DNA from: Bacillota bacterium
GTDB taxonomy: Bacteria > Bacillota > Clostridia > Christensenellales > CAG-138
Direction: 5' to 3'
Assembly: GCA_023459335.1 (NCBI GenBank)
Contig: JAEWUO010000005.1
Location: 11,168-75,167 of the forward strand
Length of the DNA stretch: 64,000 nucleotides
Shown: positions 40,733 to 49,134 of the stretch, in pieces
Layout: each line of letters begins with the position of its first letter
How positions within the stretch are numbered: the stretch's first letter is position 1
The notes under the pieces: model-generated
Told to the model about the DNA's origin: nothing
The model's input: only the letters and a program-made list of their open reading frames with translations
Databases searched by the model: none
Program-made: the position numbers and the translations under genes

Positions 40733-41716
40733 ATGAACGAGCAGATTCTGCGTGCGCATTATGAAAAGCGGGGGTTCTCGGAGCAACTGGCGCAAGAGGC
40801 GGTTGCAAGCGTTCAGGCGCTGGAACACCGGCTCGTTTCGCGCGGCGCTTCACTGGAAACCGCCGCCGTAGACGACATCCGCGCGTATATTCAAACCTTG
40901 ATCGAAAGCGGGACGAACACCGAAGAAGCCCTGCTCGCTCTGGCCCGATACTTTTATCTGACAGGACGGAACGAAATCTACGTCTACTTCACCTCGCTGC
41001 TCGGCGGCGCCGGCGTCGTTGAGAGCATCGCGGAACGCTTGGCCGGGCTGGAGGGCCGCGAAACGGCGGACGCGCTGGTCGGCTCCGTTTTAAAGCCGCC
41101 TCTCGGCTCGGACCCGGAGGCGTTTCCCGCGTTTACGCGCGCGCTCATGCAACGGCTGGAAAACAATCTGCCTGAGAAAACGGTTCGGCGCGCGCTCGCC
41201 GGAAACCACCATCAAATTCCCGCAGCGGCATTCGACGAAGAGAAGGAGCGCTACCAAAACTCCGCCTCGATGGACGAATACCTTGCGGCGCATCATGCGC
41301 GGCAAGTTGCAGAGCTTCAGCGGCACTGCGACACAAATACGGTCTGGTATGAGCAGATCATCACGCAGGAAGTCGTCGATTTCGTGTCCGCCAATCAGGA
41401 AATACAGTCCGCCGTGTGTAAAGGCGACACGCTGTACACGACCAAAATCCCGTACGATCCGGCGCGGTATCTTGCAGAGACCGACCCCGTCAAGAAACGC
41501 TATTACGCCTGCCACTGCCCGTTTGTGCGCGAAGCGATCCTGCGCGGGGAACCGGATGTTTCCGAAAACTGGTGTTACTGCAGCGGCGGGTTTGTCAAAT
41601 ACCCATACGAGGTGCTTCTGGGACGGGAACTTCGGGTTGAGTTGCTGCAGTCCGCGCTGAAGGGCGACCCCGTCTGCCGGTTTGCGATCCACCTTGGCAG
41701 CACAATGGAAGAATAA
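40733..41716 (+). CDS. Hypothetical protein with a helical N-terminal domain and a Cys-rich C-terminal domain
   Basis: GGGAGG RBS. C-terminal CHCPFVRE...WCYCSGGF...DPVCRF looks like a metal or cofactor site. No family was assigned confidently. Confidence 0.6.
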   Translation: MNEQILRAHYEKRGFSEQLAQEAVASVQALEHRLVSRGASLETAAVDDIRAYIQTLIESGTNTEEALLALARYFYLTGRNEIYVYFTSLLGGAGVVESIAERLAGLEGRETADALVGSVLKPPLGSDPEAFPAFTRALMQRLENNLPEKTVRRALAGNHHQIPAAAFDEEKERYQNSASMDEYLAAHHARQVAELQRHCDTNTVWYEQIITQEVVDFVSANQEIQSAVCKGDTLYTTKIPYDPARYLAETDPVKKRYYACHCPFVREAILRGEPDVSENWCYCSGGFVKYPYEVLLGRELRVELLQSALKGDPVCRFAIHLGSTMEE

Positions 41717-41793
41717 AAGGCGTTTCGCCGATCAAATAAGGCCCCGGAAAAACGCCGGGACCTTGTTTTATCTTGCGGCCGCATCCTCCGCGA

Positions 41794-42927
41794 TCACAGA
41801 TTGGACGCAATCTCTTCAGCAAATTGCACCGTTTCGCGATAACTGATTCGGCCCTTTCCGTTTTTCTTAGCTTTATACATCATCGTGTCCGCTTCGGCCA
41901 GCAGTTCCTGATACGTGCTGTCCGGCCCCATTTCCACGACGCCGAAACTGCAGGAAATCGTACCGATATTTTCAAATTCCGCCCGCATAACCGACTCTTT
42001 CACCCGATCCAGAAGGAACAAGGCGTTTTGCAGGGATACGTTCGGCAGCAGGAGCACGAACTCGTCGCCGCCCCATCGCGCGATGGTATCCGAACTTCGC
42101 AGCTGGCTCTGCATCAGTCCGGTCAGGTTTTTCAGCACCATATCGCCCGCCGCATGTCCGTAGCGATCGTTGATACGCTTGAGATTGTCCACATCCGCAA
42201 ACACAAGGCAGAGCGGCAGCCCTTGTCTGCGGCAGAAGCTCATCCAGCGGCGTGCCTCCTCTTCCAGACGCGCGCGCGTTACCGCGCTGGTCAGAAAGTC
42301 GATGGAACTCGTTTGCTTGAGCCGCGTCTTTTCCGAAAAGTCCCGATATGCGTTCCTTTCGTTGCCAAACGCCGCGACGGAGCAAAGCAGGATCGTTAAA
42401 ACCATATACGTCATCGCAGCGATCAGTTCGTTCAGCGTCCGGTTTTGTATCCAGAAATAAGTGAAAGCGAAAAATACGGCGGCGCCGCTGATGGAAAGCG
42501 CGAGTATGTTTCCGCTGCGGTTGGGCACGATGAAGATGACCAGAATCAGTGCGATCAGGCCCATGGACTGGATCATGAAGTCAGGGGATTCGTACAGCCG
42601 AAGCACGAAGAAATAGAGCGCGGCGGACGTCGCCTCAAGTACGGTGACTATCGTCGTAAACGAAGCGTAAGTGCGCGCTTTCTGCAGCACTCGAATCATA
42701 AAGATCAGCAGGATCGAAAAAGTATAGCGCGCGATCGCAACCATCAGCCGCTCCGGGCGGCCTTGGATAAAGATCAGATCGCTGATGATGAGCAGCAAAT
42801 TCACCACGCTTGCGATACTGGCAAAAACGTGGATATTTCTCTGCGCGGCGCGCAGCTTATCGGCCTCATAGGCGGCCTGCGTCTGTTTGCGCACCTCGTT
42901 TGTTTCAGTAGGTTTCGTGATCGGCAC
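41794..42927 (-). CDS. Membrane-anchored diguanylate cyclase (GGDEF domain)
   Basis: About 190 aa of TM helices, then RSSD (RxxD I-site) and an intact GGDEF (RWGGDEFVLLL). GTG start with an AAGGTG RBS. Confidence 0.9.
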   Translation of the reverse strand: MPITKPTETNEVRKQTQAAYEADKLRAAQRNIHVFASIASVVNLLLIISDLIFIQGRPERLMVAIARYTFSILLIFMIRVLQKARTYASFTTIVTVLEATSAALYFFVLRLYESPDFMIQSMGLIALILVIFIVPNRSGNILALSISGAAVFFAFTYFWIQNRTLNELIAAMTYMVLTILLCSVAAFGNERNAYRDFSEKTRLKQTSSIDFLTSAVTRARLEEEARRWMSFCRRQGLPLCLVFADVDNLKRINDRYGHAAGDMVLKNLTGLMQSQLRSSDTIARWGGDEFVLLLPNVSLQNALFLLDRVKESVMRAEFENIGTISCSFGVVEMGPDSTYQELLAEADTMMYKAKKNGKGRISYRETVQFAEEIASNL

Positions 42928-43183
42928 TTTGTCACCTTTGTCGGGGTATGCGATTCAAAAATCAAAGCGAGAGCGGCTGCAGCGCTCTTACCATATAAAC
43001 CCGTATCTTACATAGTACACAGATCGTTCATAAATTCAAGAAAATTAAGCTGAGAAATACCATTTATCGTGAAAATGTCATAATATAAACATACTCTGAT
43101 GATTTTTTTGTAACAGCCTGTCTTCCGCACGGACGTCATTCGGCTCAGATCATATTCGGATAAAAAATGTAGGCGAATGGCAT

Positions 43184-43744
43184 CTATGATGCCCGGTTCT
43201 GTTCTGCGGCCGGCGCGTTTGCCTTTGTCATAAAAAACACCAGCAGCGCTACGCCCGCGCAGAGCACAGCGTCGCCCGCGCTCGCAAAGCCGATCGGAAC
43301 GCCGGCGGGGCCCAAGCGAATGACATCCCCAAGAAACGGCAGCCTTGTGGATTCGTCCATCAGGCAGTATGCGTAGATCTTTCCCTGGCTCAGTTGTGCG
43401 AGACGTTCCGCCGATTTGCCGAGCAGGCCGGCTGCAACCGGCATACACCCGCCGTTGAGTACGATAACCAGAAGATTCATCATAGACCCGAAAAACACAA
43501 AGAGCGGCCAAAACGGCCGCCGATGATTCGCCAGAAGAAAAGCAAAGAGCAGCGCATATTGCACAAGGCAGACCGCGAGGGCGCCCCTTTGCGGCGGCAG
43601 CAGCCAGGCCGCGCCTGCTTTGAGCAGCAGCGCCGCGATCGGCAGCAGCACACCTTTCAGCGAATAATTGGATAATCCGCGCAGTGAACCGCCGGCCACC
43701 AGGCCGAGCGCCAGTCCGAGCGCCGCGCTGATCAGCAGTATCAT
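43184..43744 (-). CDS. Small polytopic membrane protein (DUF5317-like)
   Basis: 186 hydrophobic residues. The ATG overlaps the HD-GYP stop (ATGA). The family name is from memory. Confidence 0.65.
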   Translation of the reverse strand: MILLISAALGLALGLVAGGSLRGLSNYSLKGVLLPIAALLLKAGAAWLLPPQRGALAVCLVQYALLFAFLLANHRRPFWPLFVFFGSMMNLLVIVLNGGCMPVAAGLLGKSAERLAQLSQGKIYAYCLMDESTRLPFLGDVIRLGPAGVPIGFASAGDAVLCAGVALLVFFMTKANAPAAEQNRAS

Positions 43745-45063
43745 ACCGTATACAGCAGGAGCTTATCCGCATTCTCAGGATGCAGATTCGGCTCGATCAG
43801 CAAAAACGCCTTAACCACTTTCGGGTCGAGCTGTGTGCCGGCTACCTCCACCAGAATCTCACGCGCGCGCTGTTTCGTAAGACCCGCGCGATACGGGCGG
43901 TCCGAGATAATCGCGTCATACGTGTCCGCAACCGCGAGGATCGCAGCCGACAGCGGCAGTTTACCCTCTTCGGGCCCTTCTTCCGGATACCCTGCCCCAT
44001 CGTAACGATGATGATGATAAAGCACCGCGTCGTTCACCGCCTGAGAAAGGTTGATGCTCTCAATGATACGCCGCCCGACAACGGGATGCTGCATGATGAT
44101 GTCGTATTCTTCTTCGGTGAGAGGGCCGGGCTTTCTGAGAATCGCGTCGTCAACGCCGATTTTCCCGGTGTCGTGCAAAAGCGCCGCCATCATGACCTGA
44201 TCGGTAAACGAACGCGTGCAGCCCATCGCTTTGCAGATCTCCGCGCTCAGGTAAGCAACGCGCTGCGAGTGCCCATGCGTATAGGGATCTTTCGCCTCGA
44301 TCGCCTGCACGAGGGACGCGATGGTTCTTAGCAGGATCGTATGGCTGTCCAGATATACCTTGAAGGAATACCGCGCAAGCATGAGCGGCCCCATGAACAG
44401 AAGCAGCCAGAGGTAAGCGTTCGGCTGCGTGAGGATATAGCCGATCACAAGGCCCAGCGGAATCGTCGCGAGAATGTTCGGCAGAATGCCGCCGATGTTG
44501 TCGCGCAGAAGCGCAAAAAACTTTCCCTGTTCGCTCAGTTCATAATAAAGGATGAAGAAAATAAGATTGCCGAAGATCGCGATAAAAGAAAACGCGATCG
44601 CGCCGAACATGACATTCCATGTAAAGACGGGGCTGCCGGCTTTTGTTACGATGAGATGATAGACCATGCCGCCCGCCCAGATCGAGATTAAAACGTTGGA
44701 AACGTTAAAGAACTCTTTTCGGGCGGAGCGCGCCCAGGGCGAATAGTATTTTTTTGTTTTCGGATCGATCAGAAACACAAAAAACGAAGAAATCGTATAG
44801 AGCGCCAGCGCTAAATAAATACCCTTGGTAATCAAGCATGCCACCACCGGGACAAAGCTGATTTCCATCGTTTTATCCGAAGTGATATAGATGGGCAGCA
44901 TATGGCAGGTCAGCAGTATCGCCAGCATAGCCAGGCAGTAAATAATCAGGTCAAGGCGCGTCGTTGGGTCAGCAAACATCATGGCGGAATTATATGCACT
45001 GATTCCGACAACCACAATACCGCAGAGACTCACCAACGCCATGTAGAACCCTTGTTTTTTCAT
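43741..45063 (-). CDS. Membrane-anchored HD-GYP phosphodiesterase
   Basis: N-terminal TM domain, then HD (LLHDTGKIGV) and HHHRYDGAGYP (GYP motif). Confidence 0.88.
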   Translation of the reverse strand: MKKQGFYMALVSLCGIVVVGISAYNSAMMFADPTTRLDLIIYCLAMLAILLTCHMLPIYITSDKTMEISFVPVVACLITKGIYLALALYTISSFFVFLIDPKTKKYYSPWARSARKEFFNVSNVLISIWAGGMVYHLIVTKAGSPVFTWNVMFGAIAFSFIAIFGNLIFFILYYELSEQGKFFALLRDNIGGILPNILATIPLGLVIGYILTQPNAYLWLLLFMGPLMLARYSFKVYLDSHTILLRTIASLVQAIEAKDPYTHGHSQRVAYLSAEICKAMGCTRSFTDQVMMAALLHDTGKIGVDDAILRKPGPLTEEEYDIIMQHPVVGRRIIESINLSQAVNDAVLYHHHRYDGAGYPEEGPEEGKLPLSAAILAVADTYDAIISDRPYRAGLTKQRAREILVEVAGTQLDPKVVKAFLLIEPNLHPENADKLLLYTV

Positions 45064-45107
45064 TCCGCTTCGCCTTAACTATTCCTCCGCAAAATGGTGG
45101 ATAAAAC

Positions 45108-45321
45108 ATTAACAGGTTCGGCAGAATTTCCAGTGGAGTTGCTCGTAGTTTAGTCAGTCTTATCTGACATAGAAAAACGCGCCGCTTGCCAAAACCAAAG
45201 CAGCCAGAGATGCGAGCGCCATAAGGATCTTCTTCATTTGGATATAGCCTCCTTCTTTGGATCTCTGTTCTTCGCTATCCGAACAGGCTATATCCGCTAC
45301 GCTTTTGCCGAACCTGTTAAT
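45108..45321. repeat. Perfect 16-bp inverted repeat (45108-45123 and 45306-45321) enclosing a 182-bp segment
   Basis: ATTAACAGGTTCGGCA and its exact reverse complement TGCCGAACCTGTTAAT, read directly. The arms do not extend further. Confidence 0.9.
45160..45237 (-). CDS. Candidate 25-aa hydrophobic small protein (below the ORF-track cutoff)
   Basis: Hand translation gives MKKILMALASLAALVLASGAFFYVR-stop. Strong RBS (GAAGGAGG) 9 nt upstream of the ATG. The ORF lies inside the 16-bp inverted repeat. Confidence 0.5.
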   Translation of the reverse strand: MKKILMALASLAALVLASGAFFYVR

Positions 45322-45360
45322 TTTTCAAATAACACAATAACAATATTGGAAAAACTCCGG

Positions 45361-45999
45361 TTACGCTTCCTGCGTATAGATTTCCAGTTTGCGATTAATC
45401 GCGTCCAGCACGCTCTGCGCAACCGCCGCGTCGCGATCCGTGTCCGCATATACGCAGCCGATCAAAGGCATGTTTTCCGGCAGACAGGTCACCTGGGAAA
45501 TGATAATCGCATGGCCGTTGGAATGGATCATCTCCACGCCGCCGAGCTCAAAAAACGCGGTTTCGCCCGTGCAGTGCTTCACAGCGTCCAGCGTCGCCTG
45601 CGCAACGCAGCGCAGGCGGGACAGTGGAATGGAGCTGCCGACGACCGTGCCGGAAAACCGTTCGTCTTCCCTCGAGAGAAACACGGTGACCTCCAGTTCC
45701 TTGCCGGAGGAGCGCAGACTGATCCCGGAATATGTGAGCCGGTAGCAGATGCCGGAGATCACGCTGGAGGAAACCTGCGCGACGCTGATGATGTGGTAGT
45801 CCACATCGATGCCGTACCGGGCGGAGATTGCAGACTGCACGTCCCGAACAATCGACTTGACGTTTCGCCGGTCGTTCGCAAGCACGTGGATTTCAATCGG
45901 TTCCTGCAGATCCGAGAAAACGACATGCGCCGCATACACGCCGTTAAGCTTGGAAATCAGAGATTGCCAGTCGTTCGCGGTACCGAATTGTCCTTCCAT
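45361..45999 (-). CDS. Hypothetical protein (no family recognised)
   Basis: 212-aa ORF with a GGGGGAAG RBS. Start refined to MEGQFG. Composition is protein-like and unlike the shadow ORFs. Confidence 0.6.
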   Translation of the reverse strand: MEGQFGTANDWQSLISKLNGVYAAHVVFSDLQEPIEIHVLANDRRNVKSIVRDVQSAISARYGIDVDYHIISVAQVSSSVISGICYRLTYSGISLRSSGKELEVTVFLSREDERFSGTVVGSSIPLSRLRCVAQATLDAVKHCTGETAFFELGGVEMIHSNGHAIIISQVTCLPENMPLIGCVYADTDRDAAVAQSVLDAINRKLEIYTQEA

Positions 46000-46252
46000 T
46001 TTCTTCCCCCGTCTCACCCGGGCAGCAGAACCCGAAGTAATATAATGCAATTTTATACCATCTCATTCATTATAGCCGCTGTGAAATGCGAGCGCAAGAA
46101 AAGAGTGCGTATGAAAATGAATATGTAACAAAATTTTTTATCAAAGGAAGCGGCGGGCTGTAACGCCGAAGGCAGAAAAGGCGAAACGCGTTTTCTGAGA
46201 ATATCTCCGATGGGAAAATTGTCCTATGATTTGCAGAAATTACTGCGCGGCC

Positions 46253-46993
46253 TTACTCTTCGCGGAAGAAGTACCGCCCTCTTGACGCGGTTCCCCTTCC
46301 ATACTGAATCGCGCGCTGCGGGCAGCGGTTGACGCAGCCCATGCACTGCGTGCAGTCTTCGCAAACCCAGCGCGGTGTTCCGTCTTCGATCGTGATCGCG
46401 TGAATCGGGCAAACGCGCGCGCACAGACCGCACCCGTTGCAGGCGTTTGTGCTATAAAAGCGTTTTGTCTTGCGTGCGAATGTGTTGAACATCGGATTCA
46501 CGAGAGCGGTTTTAATCCCCGCAGCCGAGCCTTTCCGAACATCGTAAACGCGCCCGTTTACGCGGATGATGTCTGCGATCCGGGGCAGTTTTTCCCGTGC
46601 CGCGGCGATCTTTTGCCGCTCGAGCGCGGGGCTGTCTACATCGTACATTGGAACATAATTATTCGGCATCGCGAGCGACCATGCGGCTTTCCAGTCGAAG
46701 AACCGTTTCAGCCGCCTCATCGTATTTCCCGCTTCATCCCCGCATGTGCAGACAGCGAAACGATAGGCATCCTTCCCGGGATGAAGCGATTCGCAGAACC
46801 GCTCCACGATCGCCGGCGCACCCCAGGCATAAACGGGGAATACGATTCCGACGCGCAAGTCATTTGTCGTAATTCCGTCCGTTGTCGAATGTTCCATCCT
46901 TTCGGCGATGCTGGCCGACTCGTCTCCAGTAAGGCGCGCGAGTTCTTCGGCAACCCATTTTGAATTGCCCGTCCCGGAAAAATAGTAAATCAT
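46253..46993 (-). CDS. Flavodoxin-like domain fused to a 2x[4Fe-4S] ferredoxin domain (EFR1-type)
   Basis: MIYYFSGTGNSKWVAEEL is a flavodoxin-like N-terminus. Two CxxCxxCxxxCP motifs are present (CNGCGLCARVCP, CTQCMGCVNRCP). Confidence 0.85.
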   Translation of the reverse strand: MIYYFSGTGNSKWVAEELARLTGDESASIAERMEHSTTDGITTNDLRVGIVFPVYAWGAPAIVERFCESLHPGKDAYRFAVCTCGDEAGNTMRRLKRFFDWKAAWSLAMPNNYVPMYDVDSPALERQKIAAAREKLPRIADIIRVNGRVYDVRKGSAAGIKTALVNPMFNTFARKTKRFYSTNACNGCGLCARVCPIHAITIEDGTPRWVCEDCTQCMGCVNRCPQRAIQYGRGTASRGRYFFREE

Positions 46994-47094
46994 ATACTCG
47001 TTCCCCCGTTTGCTTTAACGATCAGTATAGCACTTGTTCCGCCCTCGGGCACGCAATTCTTCGCAAGTGAGGGACATGATTTTTATACAGCGGT

Positions 47095-47122
47095 AGCGCC
47101 GCCGGTTCTGTCCGGCGGCGCT
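47095..47122. other. Strong 11-bp GC hairpin between the ABC operon and the flavodoxin-ferredoxin gene
   Basis: AGCGCCGCCGG-ttctgt-CCGGCGGCGCT. There is no adjacent T-tract on either strand, so it is not a canonical intrinsic terminator. Confidence 0.6.
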
Positions 47123-47170
47123 GCTGCAGGCGGGAATCGATGCGGGTGGAGGATATCTGTTTTCGGCGTA

Positions 47171-48145
47171 TCAGACGTCTTCGCGCTTGCGCTTCCTGCC
47201 GAAACAGTCGAGCCAGATGATCGCCACGATGACGACACCCTGGCAGACCTGCTGCAGATACGGCGCGATTCCAAGCATATTCATGCAGTTTGCAAGCAGC
47301 TGCAGCACCATCAGCCCTATGAAACTCTGCAGAATGCCGCCGACGCCGCCGGCGAAGCTCGTACCGCCGACCACGACGCCGCAGTTGACCATCAGCGCGG
47401 TGTCGTCGCCATAGATGCTCGAACCGGTGTTCAGTTTGCTGCTCAGCAGCACGCCCGCGACGGCGGCAAGCGCGCCGCTTAAAATGAAGGCGACCCATTT
47501 TGTCGCAAGCACGTTGATGCCTGAATACTTCGCGACGTCGTAGTCTCCGCCGAGCGCATAGAGATTCCGACCGTAGCTCGTATACCGCAGCAGCGCGTAG
47601 ACCAGGAGCCCAATAACGATCATATAGATCGCGAGCGTCGGGATCACGCCGCCGATCTTGCTGTTGGCGATCTTCATAAACGCCGCGTTCGTGCAGGAAA
47701 CCGGGTGCGCGTCCGTCAGTTGCTGGTTTACGCCCTTGATCAGCATGCCCATGCCGAGCGTGATGATGAACGCCTCCGTCCTCTGCTGCACGACGAGAAA
47801 ACCGTTGATGAACCCAACCACCGCGCCGCAGAGAACAGCGATCGCTATCGCGAGCCAGAGGTTCATGCCGCCGTTCATGAGTTTGATGGCAGCAATGCCG
47901 GAGAGGCACATAACCCCGCCGACCGAAAGATCGCACCCGGCCGCGATGACGGTCAGTGTCACGCCGAAGGCGATGATCTCGTTCACCGCCGCGTCCTTCA
48001 GCACGTTAAGCAAATTGTAGCTCGTGTAAAAATTCGTTTTGAAGAAGAGCATGAGGACCAGCATCGCAAGAATCGCGATCACGGCCTTCTGCTTCGTCAG
48101 GGCGCGCATCGTGCGCTTACCGAAATCCGCTATCGATGTTTGCAT
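47171..48145 (-). CDS. Sugar ABC transporter permease (CUT2, RbsC/AraH-like)
   Basis: Polytopic 324-aa protein with a GGGAGGG RBS, in an operon with a CUT2-type ATPase. Confidence 0.88.
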   Translation of the reverse strand: MQTSIADFGKRTMRALTKQKAVIAILAMLVLMLFFKTNFYTSYNLLNVLKDAAVNEIIAFGVTLTVIAAGCDLSVGGVMCLSGIAAIKLMNGGMNLWLAIAIAVLCGAVVGFINGFLVVQQRTEAFIITLGMGMLIKGVNQQLTDAHPVSCTNAAFMKIANSKIGGVIPTLAIYMIVIGLLVYALLRYTSYGRNLYALGGDYDVAKYSGINVLATKWVAFILSGALAAVAGVLLSSKLNTGSSIYGDDTALMVNCGVVVGGTSFAGGVGGILQSFIGLMVLQLLANCMNMLGIAPYLQQVCQGVVIVAIIWLDCFGRKRKREDV

Positions 48146-48157
48146 AACGTTCCCTCC

Positions 48158-49120
48158 CTACAGCTCTTTCCGGTTGTCCAGCCAGATGGCGACAACCAGA
48201 ATCGCTCCCTTGAGCACAACCTGCATGTAGGACGAAACACCGAGCAGGTTCATGCAGTTGGACATCAGCGTGATCAGAAGCACGCCAAGAACGGTTCTGA
48301 GTACGCTGCCCTTGCCGCCTTTGAGCGTCGTGCCGCCGACGACGACGGAAAGGATCGCGTTTGTTTCATAGTTTTTACCGATGATCGGCGCCGCGGTCGT
48401 GATGCGGGAAAACAGCACCACCGCGCCGACGGCGGACATCAGCCCGCAGATCGTGTAGATCAAAATCACGCTTCGCTTGATCGGGATGCCGGAAAGCTCC
48501 GCCGCGACCTTATTGCCGCCCGTGTAGCTGATCGCGCGGCCGCTGTACGTTTTATTGTGAAAAACCCACAGCGCCGCCAGCGAAACGAGAAAGATGATGA
48601 ACGAAACGGACAGGATGCCGACCGTGCCGGAGCCGATCGCCGTGAATATGGTCTGCGGCGTCTGCAGCCAGCTCATGTGCTGCGTAGCGCCGCCCGTATA
48701 GATCAGCGCGACCGCGCTGTAAACCGCGCTCATGCCGTAGGTGATGAACAGCGCCTCGGCCTGCGTCAGGGCGCCCGCGGAAATGAGTACCATGCTGTTG
48801 AGAAAGCCGAGGAACGCGCCGAGCGCAACACCGATGATCAGCGCGTTGAACTGGCCGAGCGGATCGATCAAAGACACCGTGACCACCGCGACAAGCGAGA
48901 TCAGCCCGGCGACCGATAGGTCGATGAATCCGCCGATGATGACAAACGTCATGCCCAGAGATACAAAGCTCAGAGGCCCGAACTGACGCATGATGTTCGT
49001 CAGGTTTTCGCCGGTGAGGAACTTCGGTTCCACGACGACCGTGATGATGACCAGCAGCACAATAGCGACGAGAACCAGGTAGTTCAGCAAAAACTTCTTT
49101 AAATCAAATCGTTTTGTCAT
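48158..49120 (-). CDS. Sugar ABC transporter permease (CUT2, second subunit)
   Basis: Paralogous polytopic protein. Start refined to MTKRFDLKKF with a GGGAGGAG RBS. Confidence 0.88.
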   Translation of the reverse strand: MTKRFDLKKFLLNYLVLVAIVLLVIITVVVEPKFLTGENLTNIMRQFGPLSFVSLGMTFVIIGGFIDLSVAGLISLVAVVTVSLIDPLGQFNALIIGVALGAFLGFLNSMVLISAGALTQAEALFITYGMSAVYSAVALIYTGGATQHMSWLQTPQTIFTAIGSGTVGILSVSFIIFLVSLAALWVFHNKTYSGRAISYTGGNKVAAELSGIPIKRSVILIYTICGLMSAVGAVVLFSRITTAAPIIGKNYETNAILSVVVGGTTLKGGKGSVLRTVLGVLLITLMSNCMNLLGVSSYMQVVLKGAILVVAIWLDNRKEL

Positions 49121-49134
49121 GTTCGCTCCTCCCG

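Noticed and set aside
40733-41100. N-terminal helical domain faintly resembling an integrase SAM-like core-binding domain, considered as a mobile-element marker
   Set aside because: No tyrosine-recombinase catalytic domain (R-H-R-Y) follows, and there are no flanking att-like repeats or phage genes.
43008-43772. 254-aa minus-strand ORF overlapping the DUF5317-like gene in another frame
   Set aside because: Its Arg/Ala/Cys-rich translation has no RBS. The in-frame hydrophobic ORF coupled by ATGA to the HD-GYP gene is far more plausible.
47022-48919. Alternative-frame or antisense ORFs 47022-47936(-) and 47705-48919(+)
   Set aside because: They overlap the two ABC permease genes. Their translations are Arg/His/Asp-rich and lack the hydrophobic pattern expected in this operon.
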